Of a stretch of DNA of 64,000 bases, positions 54,336 through 64,000 are shown piece by piece. Origin of the DNA: Cyanidioschyzon merolae (lineage: Eukaryota); NCBI GenBank assembly GCA_000091205.1, contig AP006485.2; one strand, written 5' to 3'. The stretch's first letter is position 1. Every line of letters begins with the position of its first letter. The translations under genes were made by a program, and so were the position numbers. The notes below the pieces were generated by a model that saw nothing but the letters and a program-made list of their open reading frames with translations, searched no databases and was not told the DNA's origin.

Positions 54336-55979
54336 CTATCGGGTATGGCTCAATTTGGTGATGATTTTGGAAGCTGTACGTGGGCGGGCCAATTTCGGGG
54401 GATTTCCCAAGTCACTGAGCTCGGCTTGGGTGATAGTTCCACGTTCGAGCAATTCCAGGCGAGCTATTCGACGCGCTTTCAGAACGGGTGCGAGGATGCG
54501 CATCACTCGATTATCGGATGTGGCCTCACCGGGGCCATCCCATGCTGCGAGACGGATACCACAGGTTGCCTCGATCGCTTGCACAAGTGCAATATCGTAC
54601 TGCGTGACCATGCTTAGCGCTTTACCGGGTCGGCCGGCTCGCGCTGTTCGCCCGACTCGATGTACGTAAACGCTGACATCCCGCGGCACATCGAAATTGA
54701 GCACGAGATGAACTTTGGGAATGTCGAGGCCGCGTGCGGCGAGATCCGTGCAAACAAGGATGCGGTGTCTGCCTGATTTGAAACCCTGCAGGGCCGCTAT
54801 CCTTTCAGGCTGTGATAGTCTACCATGGAGGGCGCCAACCGGCAGCCCGAGTCGATCCAAAATGCTCGCAAAAATCGCACACTGGGCACAAGACGCGGTG
54901 AACACCATGGCAAGCACCATCGAGGCGCTACTCGACTCGATCGTCGGTGATGATCGCGACTCAGACCCGTCGGTTTCGCCATTCGGGAACCTGGTATGCG
55001 CTCCAAGTGCCGTGGCTTCCATTGATCCGTTCGTTTCGTCGCGTCCGACGTGGTCATTGTCAGCGTCGTCGTTGTCTTCGTCAGCGGTGCGGGCCTCGCG
55101 CTGGCGCCGACGGCGTCGCAGCATCTTGAGGACGGCGTCCTCTCCTGAACCGACAACGTGCAGCAAGACGTATGCGGCATATACATCTCGGATCGCGGCC
55201 GGAACGAGAAGGTAGTAATGCTTCAGCGACGCCACTGTCGCGTAGATCCCCTGGTCAGTGAGTCCTCGATTCGCGTCAAATGCAAATACCTGGGATCCGT
55301 CGGTTTCCGCCACGACCAGTTGCTGAATGCGCTCCATCTGTCGCGACATTGTAGCAGAAAATAGGAGCGTACGACGCGTTACGGGTAACGCACCCAACAG
55401 TGTCGCCAGGTCTGCCGCAAAACCCTCTTCCAGGAGACGATCTGCCTCGTCAAGCACCAGGAACCGCAATCTGCAAAAGTAGCGACAGCGCTGACTCCCT
55501 TCTGGCCGTCTACGCGGGAGCAAAGTCTGATCAGCTGCTTGCTGCTGCCGAATAAACGCTGCAAGACGCCCAGGCGTTGCCACGAGAATGTGTGGGCGTT
55601 CTCTTTCCAGTACAGTGGTCTGGTGCACCGCATCGAGGCCGCCTACAACCGTCTCAACTCTGACGCCTACTCGCGACCCCAGTGCGAGGGTTTGTTCCGC
55701 AATCTGCGCTGCTAGCTCCCGCGTTGGCGTCAGAATCACCGCAAATGGCCCGCAGGGATCACGAACCAACAACTGAAGAATTGGCAACACGAAAGCGGCA
55801 GTTTTCCCAGAGCCTGTTTCAGCGGCTCCAATGACAACGCGGTATCGCTCGTTGAGTACTGCTGGAATGCACGCCTGCTGGATAGGGGTAGGTCGTTGCA
55901 ACCGAAGCGCTTGACACGCCTCACACAAGGACGGCAACAGACCCAAACCAGCGAAAGTCTGCGTTTGATCTAGAGCCAT
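54336..55979 (-). CDS. DEAD-box ATP-dependent RNA helicase, with an acidic/basic insert between the helicase lobes.
   Basis: Q-motif region FAGLGLLPSLCEACQALRLQRPTPIQ. AETGSGKT, PTRELA, VLDEADRLL (DEAD), SAT, HRVGRTARAGRPG. The track start 56012 is TTG; the start is moved to ATG 55979 (MALDQTQTFAGLGL). Confidence 0.8.
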   Translation of the reverse strand: MALDQTQTFAGLGLLPSLCEACQALRLQRPTPIQQACIPAVLNERYRVVIGAAETGSGKTAAFVLPILQLLVRDPCGPFAVILTPTRELAAQIAEQTLALGSRVGVRVETVVGGLDAVHQTTVLERERPHILVATPGRLAAFIRQQQAADQTLLPRRRPEGSQRCRYFCRLRFLVLDEADRLLEEGFAADLATLLGALPVTRRTLLFSATMSRQMERIQQLVVAETDGSQVFAFDANRGLTDQGIYATVASLKHYYLLVPAAIRDVYAAYVLLHVVGSGEDAVLKMLRRRRRQREARTADEDNDDADNDHVGRDETNGSMEATALGAHTRFPNGETDGSESRSSPTIESSSASMVLAMVFTASCAQCAIFASILDRLGLPVGALHGRLSQPERIAALQGFKSGRHRILVCTDLAARGLDIPKVHLVLNFDVPRDVSVYVHRVGRTARAGRPGKALSMVTQYDIALVQAIEATCGIRLAAWDGPGEATSDNRVMRILAPVLKARRIARLELLERGTITQAELSDLGNPPKLARPRTASKIITKLSHTR

Positions 55980-56149
55980 CTGAACTGGCAACGCCCGCTG
56001 TTTGGTGCACAAACCTTAGACTCGTACCAACCAGTTGCTGTCAGTTGGAGAACTCCACCGCTGAACCTCATATCCGAGAGCGGCACGAATCGCACGCTGC
56101 GCCCCGCTGAACTGGACGCGAAAACAGAGGTGCAGGAGGCGGCATCGTC

Positions 56150-56580
56150 CGATGACGCTGCCCGATGGCGATGCCATGTCATCGAGCGTCATCATCGTCA
56201 TCGAGCAGCAGCAGAAGCATCATCATCGTCATCATCGTCATCGAGCAGCAGCAGAAGCATCATCATCATCATCATCGTCATCGAGCAGAAGCATCATCAT
56301 CATCATCGTCATCATCGAGCAGCAGCAGAAGCATCATCATCGTCGTCGTCATCATCGAGCAGCAGCAGAAGCATCGTAATCATCGTAATCATCATCATCA
56401 TCATCATCGAGCAGCAGCAGAAGCATCATCATCATCATCATCATCGAGCAGCAGCAGAAGCATCATCATCGTCGTCGTCATCATCGAGCAGCAGCAGAAG
56501 CATCATCATCATCATCATCATCGAGCAGCATCATCATCGTAATCATCGTCATCATCATCATCGAGCAGCAGCAGAAGCAG
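56150..56580. repeat. Compound trinucleotide minisatellite [(CAT/CGT)n-CGAGCAGCAGCAGAAG]n, ~11 irregular units, in the helicase/GlyRS divergent intergenic region.
   Basis: Blocks of catcatcatcgtcatc alternate with gagcagcagcagaag. The poly-Ser/His/Ile ORFs overlapping it are repeat artefacts. Confidence 0.85.
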
Positions 56581-56883
56581 CGGTGCGATCAGCGCAGCCG
56601 CCGGGACACAGTACCGGTCAACGCATGCGATACGTCGCCTTTCCTAGTACGCGACTCGTGAAGAGCGTTCCGTGTGTCTCTGTTCAGCAAAGCGGTGTGT
56701 GCGTTTGTGCTCGCTAGGCGTCCTGGTAGACCGTTATAGCTTTATTGAGCCAGTTGCTGACGTGGGCGGCATTAAGTGACAAACGGAGCATTCTGCCCTA
56801 GATCGCGTCCAGCGGCGACAAAGCAACGCACACGAGACGTTCCGGCTTACCTCCTGAGTCCATAAACAGCGCGTGGACTTGCG

Positions 56884-58830
56884 ATGCAGCGCCGCTTCGA
56901 TCGTAAGTCTTTTGATAGGGACGCTTTTGAGACGGTGCTGCGACGCCGGTTTTTTCTTGCGCCCGCGTTTGAAATCTATGGCGGTGTTGCGGGTTTGTTT
57001 GACTACGGGCCCCCGGGGTGCGCCATGAAGAACCATCTCATCCAGTTATGGCGGGATCATTTTGTTGTGGAGGAGGGCATGCTGGAGATCGACGGACCGA
57101 CGCTGACACCTGATCCGGTTTTGCGAGCCTCTGGTCACGTTGATCGTTTCCAGGACTACATGGTTCGCGATCTCGACACGGGCGCCTGTTACCGAGCTGA
57201 CCACCTGCTGCGGGAGACCCTGGAGAACCGCATAGCCGCGATGGATCGGAAGCGCACCGATGTACAGGAAGACAGGCTGCGATCAGCAATGGAGACCTGC
57301 TTGCAGAGGATAGACGAAATGAATCAGGAGCAAATCGCTGCTGCATACCAGCAGTTCGATATCCGTGCACCAGAGTCAGATGCACCACTTTCTGCTCCAT
57401 ATCCATTTAATCTCATGTTTCAAACACAGATAGGACCGACGGGAACGATACCAGCATATTTACGGCCAGAAACAGCCCAAGGCATCTTTGTGAACTTTCG
57501 TCGCCTCCTGGACTACAACAACGGACGCATGCCGTTCGCGTGTGCGCAGATCGGTCTCTCCTTCCGGAACGAGATATCTCCGCGAGCAGGTATTCTGCGC
57601 GTGCGAGAGTTCGCTCAGGCTGAAATCGAACATTTCGTTCATCCGGATCGGAAGGACCATCCAAAGTTCAACCTTATCGCTGACCTGGAGCTGATTCTGC
57701 TCCCACGGAAGGAGCAGCACGCCGCTCGCTCTCGAGAACAGATGACAACCGTGCTTCTTCGTGCGGCGGAAGCAGTTCGCCAAGGCATTGTCGACAACGA
57801 GACGCTGGCCTACTTCATCGCGCGAACGCAACAATATGCCCAAATGATTGGGATTCTGCCCAATCATATGCGTTTTCGACAACATCTGGAGAGTGAAATG
57901 GCCCACTATGCCCGGGATTGCTGGGATCTCGAAGTGGAGACCTCGTACGGCTGGGTGGAGTGCGTTGGCCTCGCGGATCGTGCCTGCTATGACCTGCAGG
58001 CGCATTCCGCGGCTTCCAAGGTGGATCTGGTCGCCTATGAAAAGTTCGACGAGCCACGTGACGAGACGTTCCTCCAAATCACACCGCTCAAACGGGTTAT
58101 TGGAACGAAGTTTCGCGGTGAAACACCGCAGGTTTTGGAAGCCATCGAGAAACTGGGCGAAACCGAGCGTGCACAGCTTCAGCAACAGCTCACTGACCAG
58201 GACCAAGTTCAGCTGGGACCCTACGTCATCACACGGGAAATGGTGACGATCGAACGGGTGAATCGCAAGATTCACGGCCGCAGTTACTGTCCCAGCGTCA
58301 TTGAGCCCTCGTTCGGCATCGGGCGACTGTTGTACTGTGTTCTGGAGCATGCGTTCTACAATCGAACCGGTGGCGATGAATTGCGCACCGTGTTAGCCTT
58401 GAAACCGGCAATTGCACCGGTGAAATCCGTCGTCCTGCCGTTGAGCAAAAATGAGGTATTCGAACCCGTGATACAGGCCGTCTTGCATGCGCTCGCAAAA
58501 TGCCGTCTGACGGTGCGCCTCGACGAAAGCAACGTGTCCATCGGGAGGCGATACGCACGCGCCGATGAAATCGGGGTGCCCTTCTGCGTCACCATCGATT
58601 TTGATTCGCTGGTGGATCACAGCGTCACGCTGCGTGAACGGGATTCCATGGAGCAGGTACGCGGCTCCGTTGGGGATGTGGTGCGCGTGCTTGTCGAGCT
58701 GGTCACTGGAGAGCGGAGCTGGACGGAGCTGGTCTCCACGGATCCGAGCCTGAAACCGTTCACCGGTCAACAGAGTACGAGTGCTGTCGAGGATGGCACG
58801 GTTTGCGAGAAACCTACGCAATCGGCTTGA
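56884..58830 (+). CDS. GARS: Glycyl-tRNA synthetase (eukaryotic/archaeal dimeric class II type).
   Basis: RRFFLAPAFEIYGGVAGLFDYGPPGCAMKNHLIQLWRDHF, TLTPDPVLRASGHVDRFQDYMVRD, FRNEISPRAGILRVREFAQAEIEHF, SYCPSVIEPSFGIGR and an anticodon-binding C-terminus. The start is ATG. Confidence 0.85.
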   Translation: MQRRFDRKSFDRDAFETVLRRRFFLAPAFEIYGGVAGLFDYGPPGCAMKNHLIQLWRDHFVVEEGMLEIDGPTLTPDPVLRASGHVDRFQDYMVRDLDTGACYRADHLLRETLENRIAAMDRKRTDVQEDRLRSAMETCLQRIDEMNQEQIAAAYQQFDIRAPESDAPLSAPYPFNLMFQTQIGPTGTIPAYLRPETAQGIFVNFRRLLDYNNGRMPFACAQIGLSFRNEISPRAGILRVREFAQAEIEHFVHPDRKDHPKFNLIADLELILLPRKEQHAARSREQMTTVLLRAAEAVRQGIVDNETLAYFIARTQQYAQMIGILPNHMRFRQHLESEMAHYARDCWDLEVETSYGWVECVGLADRACYDLQAHSAASKVDLVAYEKFDEPRDETFLQITPLKRVIGTKFRGETPQVLEAIEKLGETERAQLQQQLTDQDQVQLGPYVITREMVTIERVNRKIHGRSYCPSVIEPSFGIGRLLYCVLEHAFYNRTGGDELRTVLALKPAIAPVKSVVLPLSKNEVFEPVIQAVLHALAKCRLTVRLDESNVSIGRRYARADEIGVPFCVTIDFDSLVDHSVTLRERDSMEQVRGSVGDVVRVLVELVTGERSWTELVSTDPSLKPFTGQQSTSAVEDGTVCEKPTQSA

Positions 58831-59715
58831 GTCTTTCGCTTTCCGAGTGTGCTCTGGGCTAGCATCGAAGCGTCGCAGGAGCGAATCGTTGCTGCTGCGT
58901 AGGCGCCGACGCTCATCGCTCGGGAGGTCTGGGATGAGGCGCGCAACCAGGCAGCGATGCCCGGGGTAAGCGCACGGCCCGGAGGCGTGGCGGTCACGGC
59001 TTGCACGCCACTGGGTCAGCTGGCGGCTTCTGTGCGGAGCGTGCGCCTACCACAGGCCACGGTGAGCGCTCATGGAAGCTTTTACGGTGCCGAGGGGATA
59101 GCGAACGGGTCGGTGACCTTGAATCGGGTGCGCGTCCGTCGTTTGGATGACCATTTTTTTGAATCCTGTTAAAAGCAGCAGCGTAGATCGGAGTTTGACC
59201 TGCTTCCGTTCCATGCCATGCCAGAGAAAGAGGCCGCAACAAGCGCGAATGATGCGATTGCTAGGCGTCGGCAAGCACCGTACAGCCGAAAAGCACCAAA
59301 TATTGGTTCGGTCGGACGCTGCGGGTGTCTCGACGACGCATGTCAGGCGTTGCACGCGCGTTACACGTCCCTGCGGAAGCTCGCTTCACCAGCAGCTGCA
59401 TCCGCTGGAGGTGGCAGCCACTGCACCCAGGTTCGATTCACACGGCACGCTGTCCTGCTCTCGCTGTTCCTACCTTGCTATCTTTCTCCGCGCACGTTTT
59501 CTTAGATGCACGGGGTCGACGTTCGAAGTGCAGCAGTAACGGCGTATGCATTCATGCGAAGTTTGAGGATTCATATCGGTCTTGACGGGGTAGCGTCTTC
59601 CACGCTTGCGACTGGTATGCTTTCCGCCTCGGAAATCAAGATGATTGGCGACAACCTCAAGCGAGGGTTTGTAAAATACCCAATGTCATGATCGAACACA
59701 AGCGCACCAGCCTTC

Positions 59716-60658
59716 ATGCTTCTGCATCCCGTACGTACATCTGGGTTGACGAGGGAAAACCTCGACCAGATCTCTTTACGATTCCACGCTCATGCAGAAC
59801 GTTCACTCGACACGTCAAGCCAGATAATCGAATCTGCGCGAAAGGCAAACGCTCCTCTCTGGGTCGCCAACGGCACAACGACATTCGACAGTGACACGAA
59901 GCCTTTCGGGGGATGCGCTGCCAACGGCTTCCGTCGCTTTTGTTTGCGTGGAATAGAGTCTTGGACTCAGGGCTTGATTCATCGCAACGATCGCTTCCAG
60001 TGCGCATTGCCTGACCGCTACACAGGAAAGGGGCAACTCGGATTGACGTTTGTCGATTTTCTCTCAAGCCTGGAATCTCATTTCGGTACTTTTTTCATCA
60101 CGGGTAATATCGTGTCCCACAAAACCCCTCTCCGATGGAAGAGCGAGCTCTTGCGCATGCAGCAGACAGCGTGCTCGCTGAGCGGATCACCAGAAAGATG
60201 CTCGTGATCGTTGGGCTCGGTACCGGGCGTCGAAACCGACGCGGACATCGAAGAGAGCCCTCTATACCCGTCAAGGGCATATGCCAAGCGATATACGAAG
60301 CACAAAGCGTCCATGGATGACCCTCGCAGAAGGAGTAGGTTTCGTTACGATGCATACTCGCAAACACCTGACCACCTCCATGTGCCACTCTTACGAAGGG
60401 CGCACTGACCCTGTATACAAAGCAGATGAAAAGGCAAAAGAGGGGCGGATCACGACTTGCCTGCTAAGCATCAAACGGTACAATACTAGCCAGAAGCTGC
60501 GAAATAGGGACGTGAACGCTGCCGTCAACCTCGCCTGCTGGTTCAAACGGAGCTCGAGGTACATGTGCAACCGGTGTCTTGAAAACGGGAGACACGAGAG
60601 AGGAAACAAAACCTGCCCTAGACAAGCCCTGAATGGCTTGCATTGGCGGCCGAGATAA
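59716..60658 (+). pseudogene. Diverged TnpB/Fanzor-like remnant (copy E) split over three overlapping + frames.
   Basis: 60135..60320 begins MEERALAHAADSVLAERITRKMLVIV. Its nucleotide sequence atggaagagcgagctcttgcgcatgcagcagacagc aligns with copy A atggaacagcgagcgcttgtgtatgcagcagatagc. 60281..60658 ends ...RITTCLLSIKRYNTSQKLRNRDVNAAVNLACWF, a textbook RuvC-III motif (compare ISDra2 TnpB HDRDVNAAKNIL). The zinc-finger cysteines are partly lost. Confidence 0.55.
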
Positions 60659-62089
60659 CCAGCCCTAGTTGTGTTGGGTGAACACCCAAAATAGGTGCGT
60701 GTGCCTCGTCCATGACATGCCGACATGAGTGCAGCGACGTGCATGCGAGCGTCCGTTTCGCCACCTCCTGTCTGTGTCACGCACGAATCGCACCGCGTTC
60801 GTTCCTATCATGAACGACGTTCGATACCACATGTGTACAGCCTATTCATGAATGCTCTTCGACTGAGCGCAGCTCACTTGAACCTTGCAGCGTAGCGAGG
60901 TATACGCGTTAGACGAGGCGTTTCGGAACGAAACGAATCCGAGGCGTCGCGCTGCACGACACGTGCCGTCGTGCACGTGTCCTTGAATCGGAACCTCCCT
61001 CGTGCAGATATTCTCGATGGCGATCACAAGTTGTTGGTATGGAAAATCGCTTGACGAGAATGCTCTCCTTATTTTTTTTGCCAGAGACGCTGACCAGAAA
61101 TGGCGAGGCCTCCGACTACGACGATGCTGCGACAGTAAAACGCAGCCACTAGTCTCGGTTACTTGTTTTGTATTGCGAGACACCCGGGATTCGCGCGACA
61201 CCTGCACGGGTGTCGAGGCAAAGAACGTGTTTCGGTTAGAGGGTCGCAATTCTTGGCGCTCCGTCGACATGTTGTGGATCATCACAGGGCCCGGACAACG
61301 CTGATGCGCACCATGCACGCTGCCAGAACGCTACCCTCATCGCTCAGGGCGGCACGCGGTTTTGCCGTCGGGGTATGACGTATCCGCTGAGCGGTTCCTG
61401 CTGACGTAGTTCAGAGTGTTGCAAAGAGGACCCTCAATGTTACGGAAAATCCAGGTGCGCCCCAAGCCAAGCGGTAAGCTACCTGCTGTTGCCATGCCGG
61501 TCCCAAGAACCAGGTGTTTCATTCGATGACATGGGAGAACCCCATGGAAGCCTCGATGCAACCCAGGGTCTCGTTCGTGCGCGTCTACGATAAGCGATTC
61601 AGCTCGAGCGGTGGATAACAGGCCGCCTGGACGTATGGCAGACTGAGAACGACAAGGAGTTCCGCTCCTTTTTTTTGCTACGGGCGAAGCGCACACCATC
61701 CCTATCACGAACAGAGAAGTCGTTTTCCAGAGTCCCCCAGACGCCCCAGTGCTGTCACCAGCAGAGGAAGCGACCTCAGCGCATCAGTAGCTGATTGCGC
61801 ACGCCACCAGGCATAGCCCACAGCTCCGAAACGAGAAAGCGGTATGGCGAAATACTGGATTCTGGAAGCACTCGATCTTCATTTGATCATGGATAAATAG
61901 CGAGTCAAGTTAGCGTCTCCAATGAACACGAACAGTTCCAGTAACAACGAGAGAAATCTCAACGCGTCGGCAGATACTTGCATATGCCACCGAGTCGATT
62001 CGTCAAGTCTCCCTCACAGCACCGCCTAGAGACTCGCGCGGAAACAATGTTCCGCGTTCCGCGCATCCCGCCAGCCTATGCCTCTGGAC

Positions 62090-62480
62090 AGTAGCCAGCG
62101 TATCCGGCGGGTATCACTATACAAATTCCTAGTGACAAAATGCTAACAGTAGCCAGCGTATCCGGCAGTCGTTATCATACAATATCCTAATGACAAAATG
62201 CTAACAGTAGCCAGCGTATCCGGCAGGTACCACCATACAATATCCTAATGACAAAATGCTAACAGTAGCCAGCGTATCCGGCAGTCGTTATCATACAATA
62301 TCCTAATTACAAAATGCTAACAGTAGCCAGCGTATCCCGCAGTCGTTATCATACAGTATCCTCATGACAAAATGCTAACAGTAGCCAGCGTATCCCGCAG
62401 TCGTTATCATACAGTATCCTCATGACAAAATGCTAACAGTAGCCAGCGTATCCGGCAGGTACCACCATACCAATGAGGAC
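62090..62480. repeat. 58-bp minisatellite, ~6.7 copies, immediately upstream of and running into the 5' end of the peroxiredoxin ORF.
   Basis: The unit agtagccagcgtatccggcagtcgttatcatacaatatcctaatgacaaaatgctaac has a variable 12-bp core (gtcgttatcata / gtaccaccatac / ggtatcactata). Each unit contains atgacaaaatgctaa and aatgctaacagtagcc ATGs. Confidence 0.9.
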
Positions 62481-62600
62481 GCTGCCCATTCGCACTGCGA
62501 TGACGCAGCGCCTCGATACAGGGCAGCGCTGCATCTCCAGCTTTTGGGCGCTTCGCTGTTGCTCTGCGCTTCGCGAAACGCCTTCGTACCCACGGAGCAA

Positions 62601-63269
62601 ATGTCGCGTGCTCTCTTAATCAACGATGTTGCACCCGACTTTGAGGCAGAAACTCAGCTTGGGCCGATAAAGTTCAGCGAATACGCCAAAGATAGCTGGG
62701 TGATCCTCTTCTCACACCCGCGCGACTTTACACCGGTGTGCACGACGGAGCTGGCGCGCGCTGCGCAGCTCCAGGAAGAGTTTGCGCGTCGCGGTGTGAA
62801 AATGCTAGCGCTTAGCTGTGATGATGTCGAGTCTCACAACTCCTGGGTGCAAGATGTTGGTGCATATGGGAAAACTGAGGTTAAGTACCCGATCATTGCA
62901 GACCCAGAGCGCAAAATCGCCAAACTCTACAACATGTTACCGGCAGCGGATCCGGGTCGCGACAACATGCCGTTTACCGTTCGTTCGGTGTTCATCATTG
63001 ACAGTTCGAGGCGCATACGGGCTATGGTGACGTATCCAGCGCCGATCGGCCGCAACTTTGATGAGCTTTTGCGCGTCGTGGACGCACTGCAGACCAGCGA
63101 TCGTTTGCACTGTGCGACGCCCGTGGACTGGAAGCCCGGGTCTAGGGTTATAGTTCCATCAAACGTTCCCGATGCGCTGGTGCAGAAGCACTTTGCCGAT
63201 GGACTTGAAGTTGTAGATCTGCCATCGAAAAAGTCGTACCTGCGGTACGGCTCTACGAGTCCATCGTAA
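62601..63269 (+). CDS. 1-Cys peroxiredoxin (Prx6-type).
   Basis: VAPDFEAETQLGPIKFSEY...WVILFSHPRDFTPVCTTELARAAQLQEEFARRGVKMLALSCDDVESHNSWVQD (peroxidatic Cys in PVCTTE, no resolving Cys) and a typical Prx6 C-terminal domain. The start is taken at ATG 62601. The ORF is open upstream to the ATG at 62430 inside the last repeat unit. Confidence 0.8.
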   Translation: MSRALLINDVAPDFEAETQLGPIKFSEYAKDSWVILFSHPRDFTPVCTTELARAAQLQEEFARRGVKMLALSCDDVESHNSWVQDVGAYGKTEVKYPIIADPERKIAKLYNMLPAADPGRDNMPFTVRSVFIIDSSRRIRAMVTYPAPIGRNFDELLRVVDALQTSDRLHCATPVDWKPGSRVIVPSNVPDALVQKHFADGLEVVDLPSKKSYLRYGSTSPS

Positions 63270-64000
63270 CGCGTCGGGCATCCAATGCATCGATACGGAC
63301 GATACGTCAAGGGATATGATAGAATCCGACGATGGCGACCAGTGCGCCTCTATTCAGACCAAGACAGGTACCGATGTTCGGCGACAGCTGATGGCTCTGT
63401 GCTTGCAGGAACGTTTATGCATGGCGGGTTGCAGGAATTCCAGTTTTCTAGGGCGTGTGCGTCGGCGCCTGTGGACGTATTGCATCGGGATTCGCTACGC
63501 TTCGGAAAGCGCACCATTGTGACCTTCCGCCGTTCCCGGGGAACCTAAAAGGAAAGCACCGTCCCTGTGACGTTGCATGGCGATGCCCGACCACTCAGTT
63601 GCCACGTTCTTGGTGGCATCCACAGCCAAACGCACGCGGGTGATCGCCGTTCGCGAGTCGATGAGCGCGGCGTGAACGCGACAGATGCTTGTTTCTGCGC
63701 CCGATCGTCGCGCAACTTGATGGACACCAAAGTGCAGTCATCAGCGATCAGTGTGCCGGCTTGTCTATCTAATTTCTCTGACGTGGAGGTCCCGGCAGCG
63801 GCGTCGGTCGAAACCCGAATAGCGCGAACGGAGCGAGTGACTCGGTGGGGTTCTGGTGAGGCTCACGTCCGATCGCAGCGTGCCCTGTGCTGCTGCTATC
63901 CGCTTGGGAAGACAGCGCATTGAGGCGGTCGCGCTTTGCAGCATCACCAGCGCTAGCACCATCATCAGCAGCGGCAGTTGAAGCACCATTTGCGCTGTCG

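Noticed and set aside
56130-56717. Poly-Ser/His/Ile ORFs (195, 125 and 75 aa)
   Set aside because: They are translations of the compound trinucleotide array in an intergenic promoter region. All three frames are open only because of the repeat.
1-64000. Prokaryotic or organellar origin of the window
   Set aside because: ERO1, PDCD2, FBXO9, a longin SNARE, a Sec1/Munc18 protein and a eukaryotic-type GlyRS are eukaryote-specific, and genes sit 1-2 kb apart without operon structure.

Overview
The window is a GC-rich (~58%), almost intron-free eukaryotic nuclear region with about one gene per 3.5 kb on both strands. Eukaryote-specific genes (ERO1, PDCD2/Tsr4, FBXO9/Hrt3, a longin R-SNARE, a Sec1/Munc18 protein) rule out a prokaryote or organelle genome. 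Plastid-type genes (YGGT/Ycf19-like, a CxxCxGxG zinc-finger membrane protein, a BCCP/BADC-like protein, a lycopene-cyclase-family FAD oxidoreductase) point to a unicellular alga. A compact cyanidiophyte-like red alga or similar is an inference only.

Recognisable single-exon genes (strand): BCCP-like protein lacking the biotinyl-lysine (+), PDCD2-like (-), methyltransferase fused to a GGCT/AIG2-like domain (+), VAMP7-like SNARE (-), a mucin-like transmembrane region in frame with a Sec1/Munc18 protein (+), cytosolic purine 5'-nucleotidase (-), pyruvate kinase (+), ERO1 (-), RluA-family pseudouridine synthase (+), M20 dipeptidase (-), class-2 dihydroorotate dehydrogenase (+), FBXO9/Hrt3 F-box protein (-), YGGT protein (+), CR-type zinc-finger protein (-), FAD oxidoreductase (+), tyrosine aminotransferase (+), DEAD-box helicase (-), glycyl-tRNA synthetase (+) and 1-Cys peroxiredoxin (+).

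The most unusual content is a dispersed, decayed family of at least six elements encoding the C-terminal zinc-finger and RuvC-III signature (…RNRDVNAAVNLA…) of TnpB/Fanzor-type RNA-guided nucleases. Two are near-identical 1.37-kb direct copies 7,735 bp apart that bracket a small plastid-function gene island. Two are near-identical 305-bp fragments bracketing the DHODH gene. Two are older diverged copies at the window start and near 60 kb. None looks intact as it stands.

Also notable are minisatellite arrays that reiterate the start-codon regions of ERO1 (72 bp, ~6 copies) and peroxiredoxin (58 bp, ~6.7 copies), creating serial upstream ATGs and short uORFs. A compound trinucleotide array sits in the helicase/GlyRS bidirectional promoter. 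No rRNA or CRISPR arrays are present, and I could not confidently identify any tRNA by eye.

The supplied ORF track labels non-ATG starts (TTG/GTG/CTG) as M, so I moved several starts to the first in-frame ATG.
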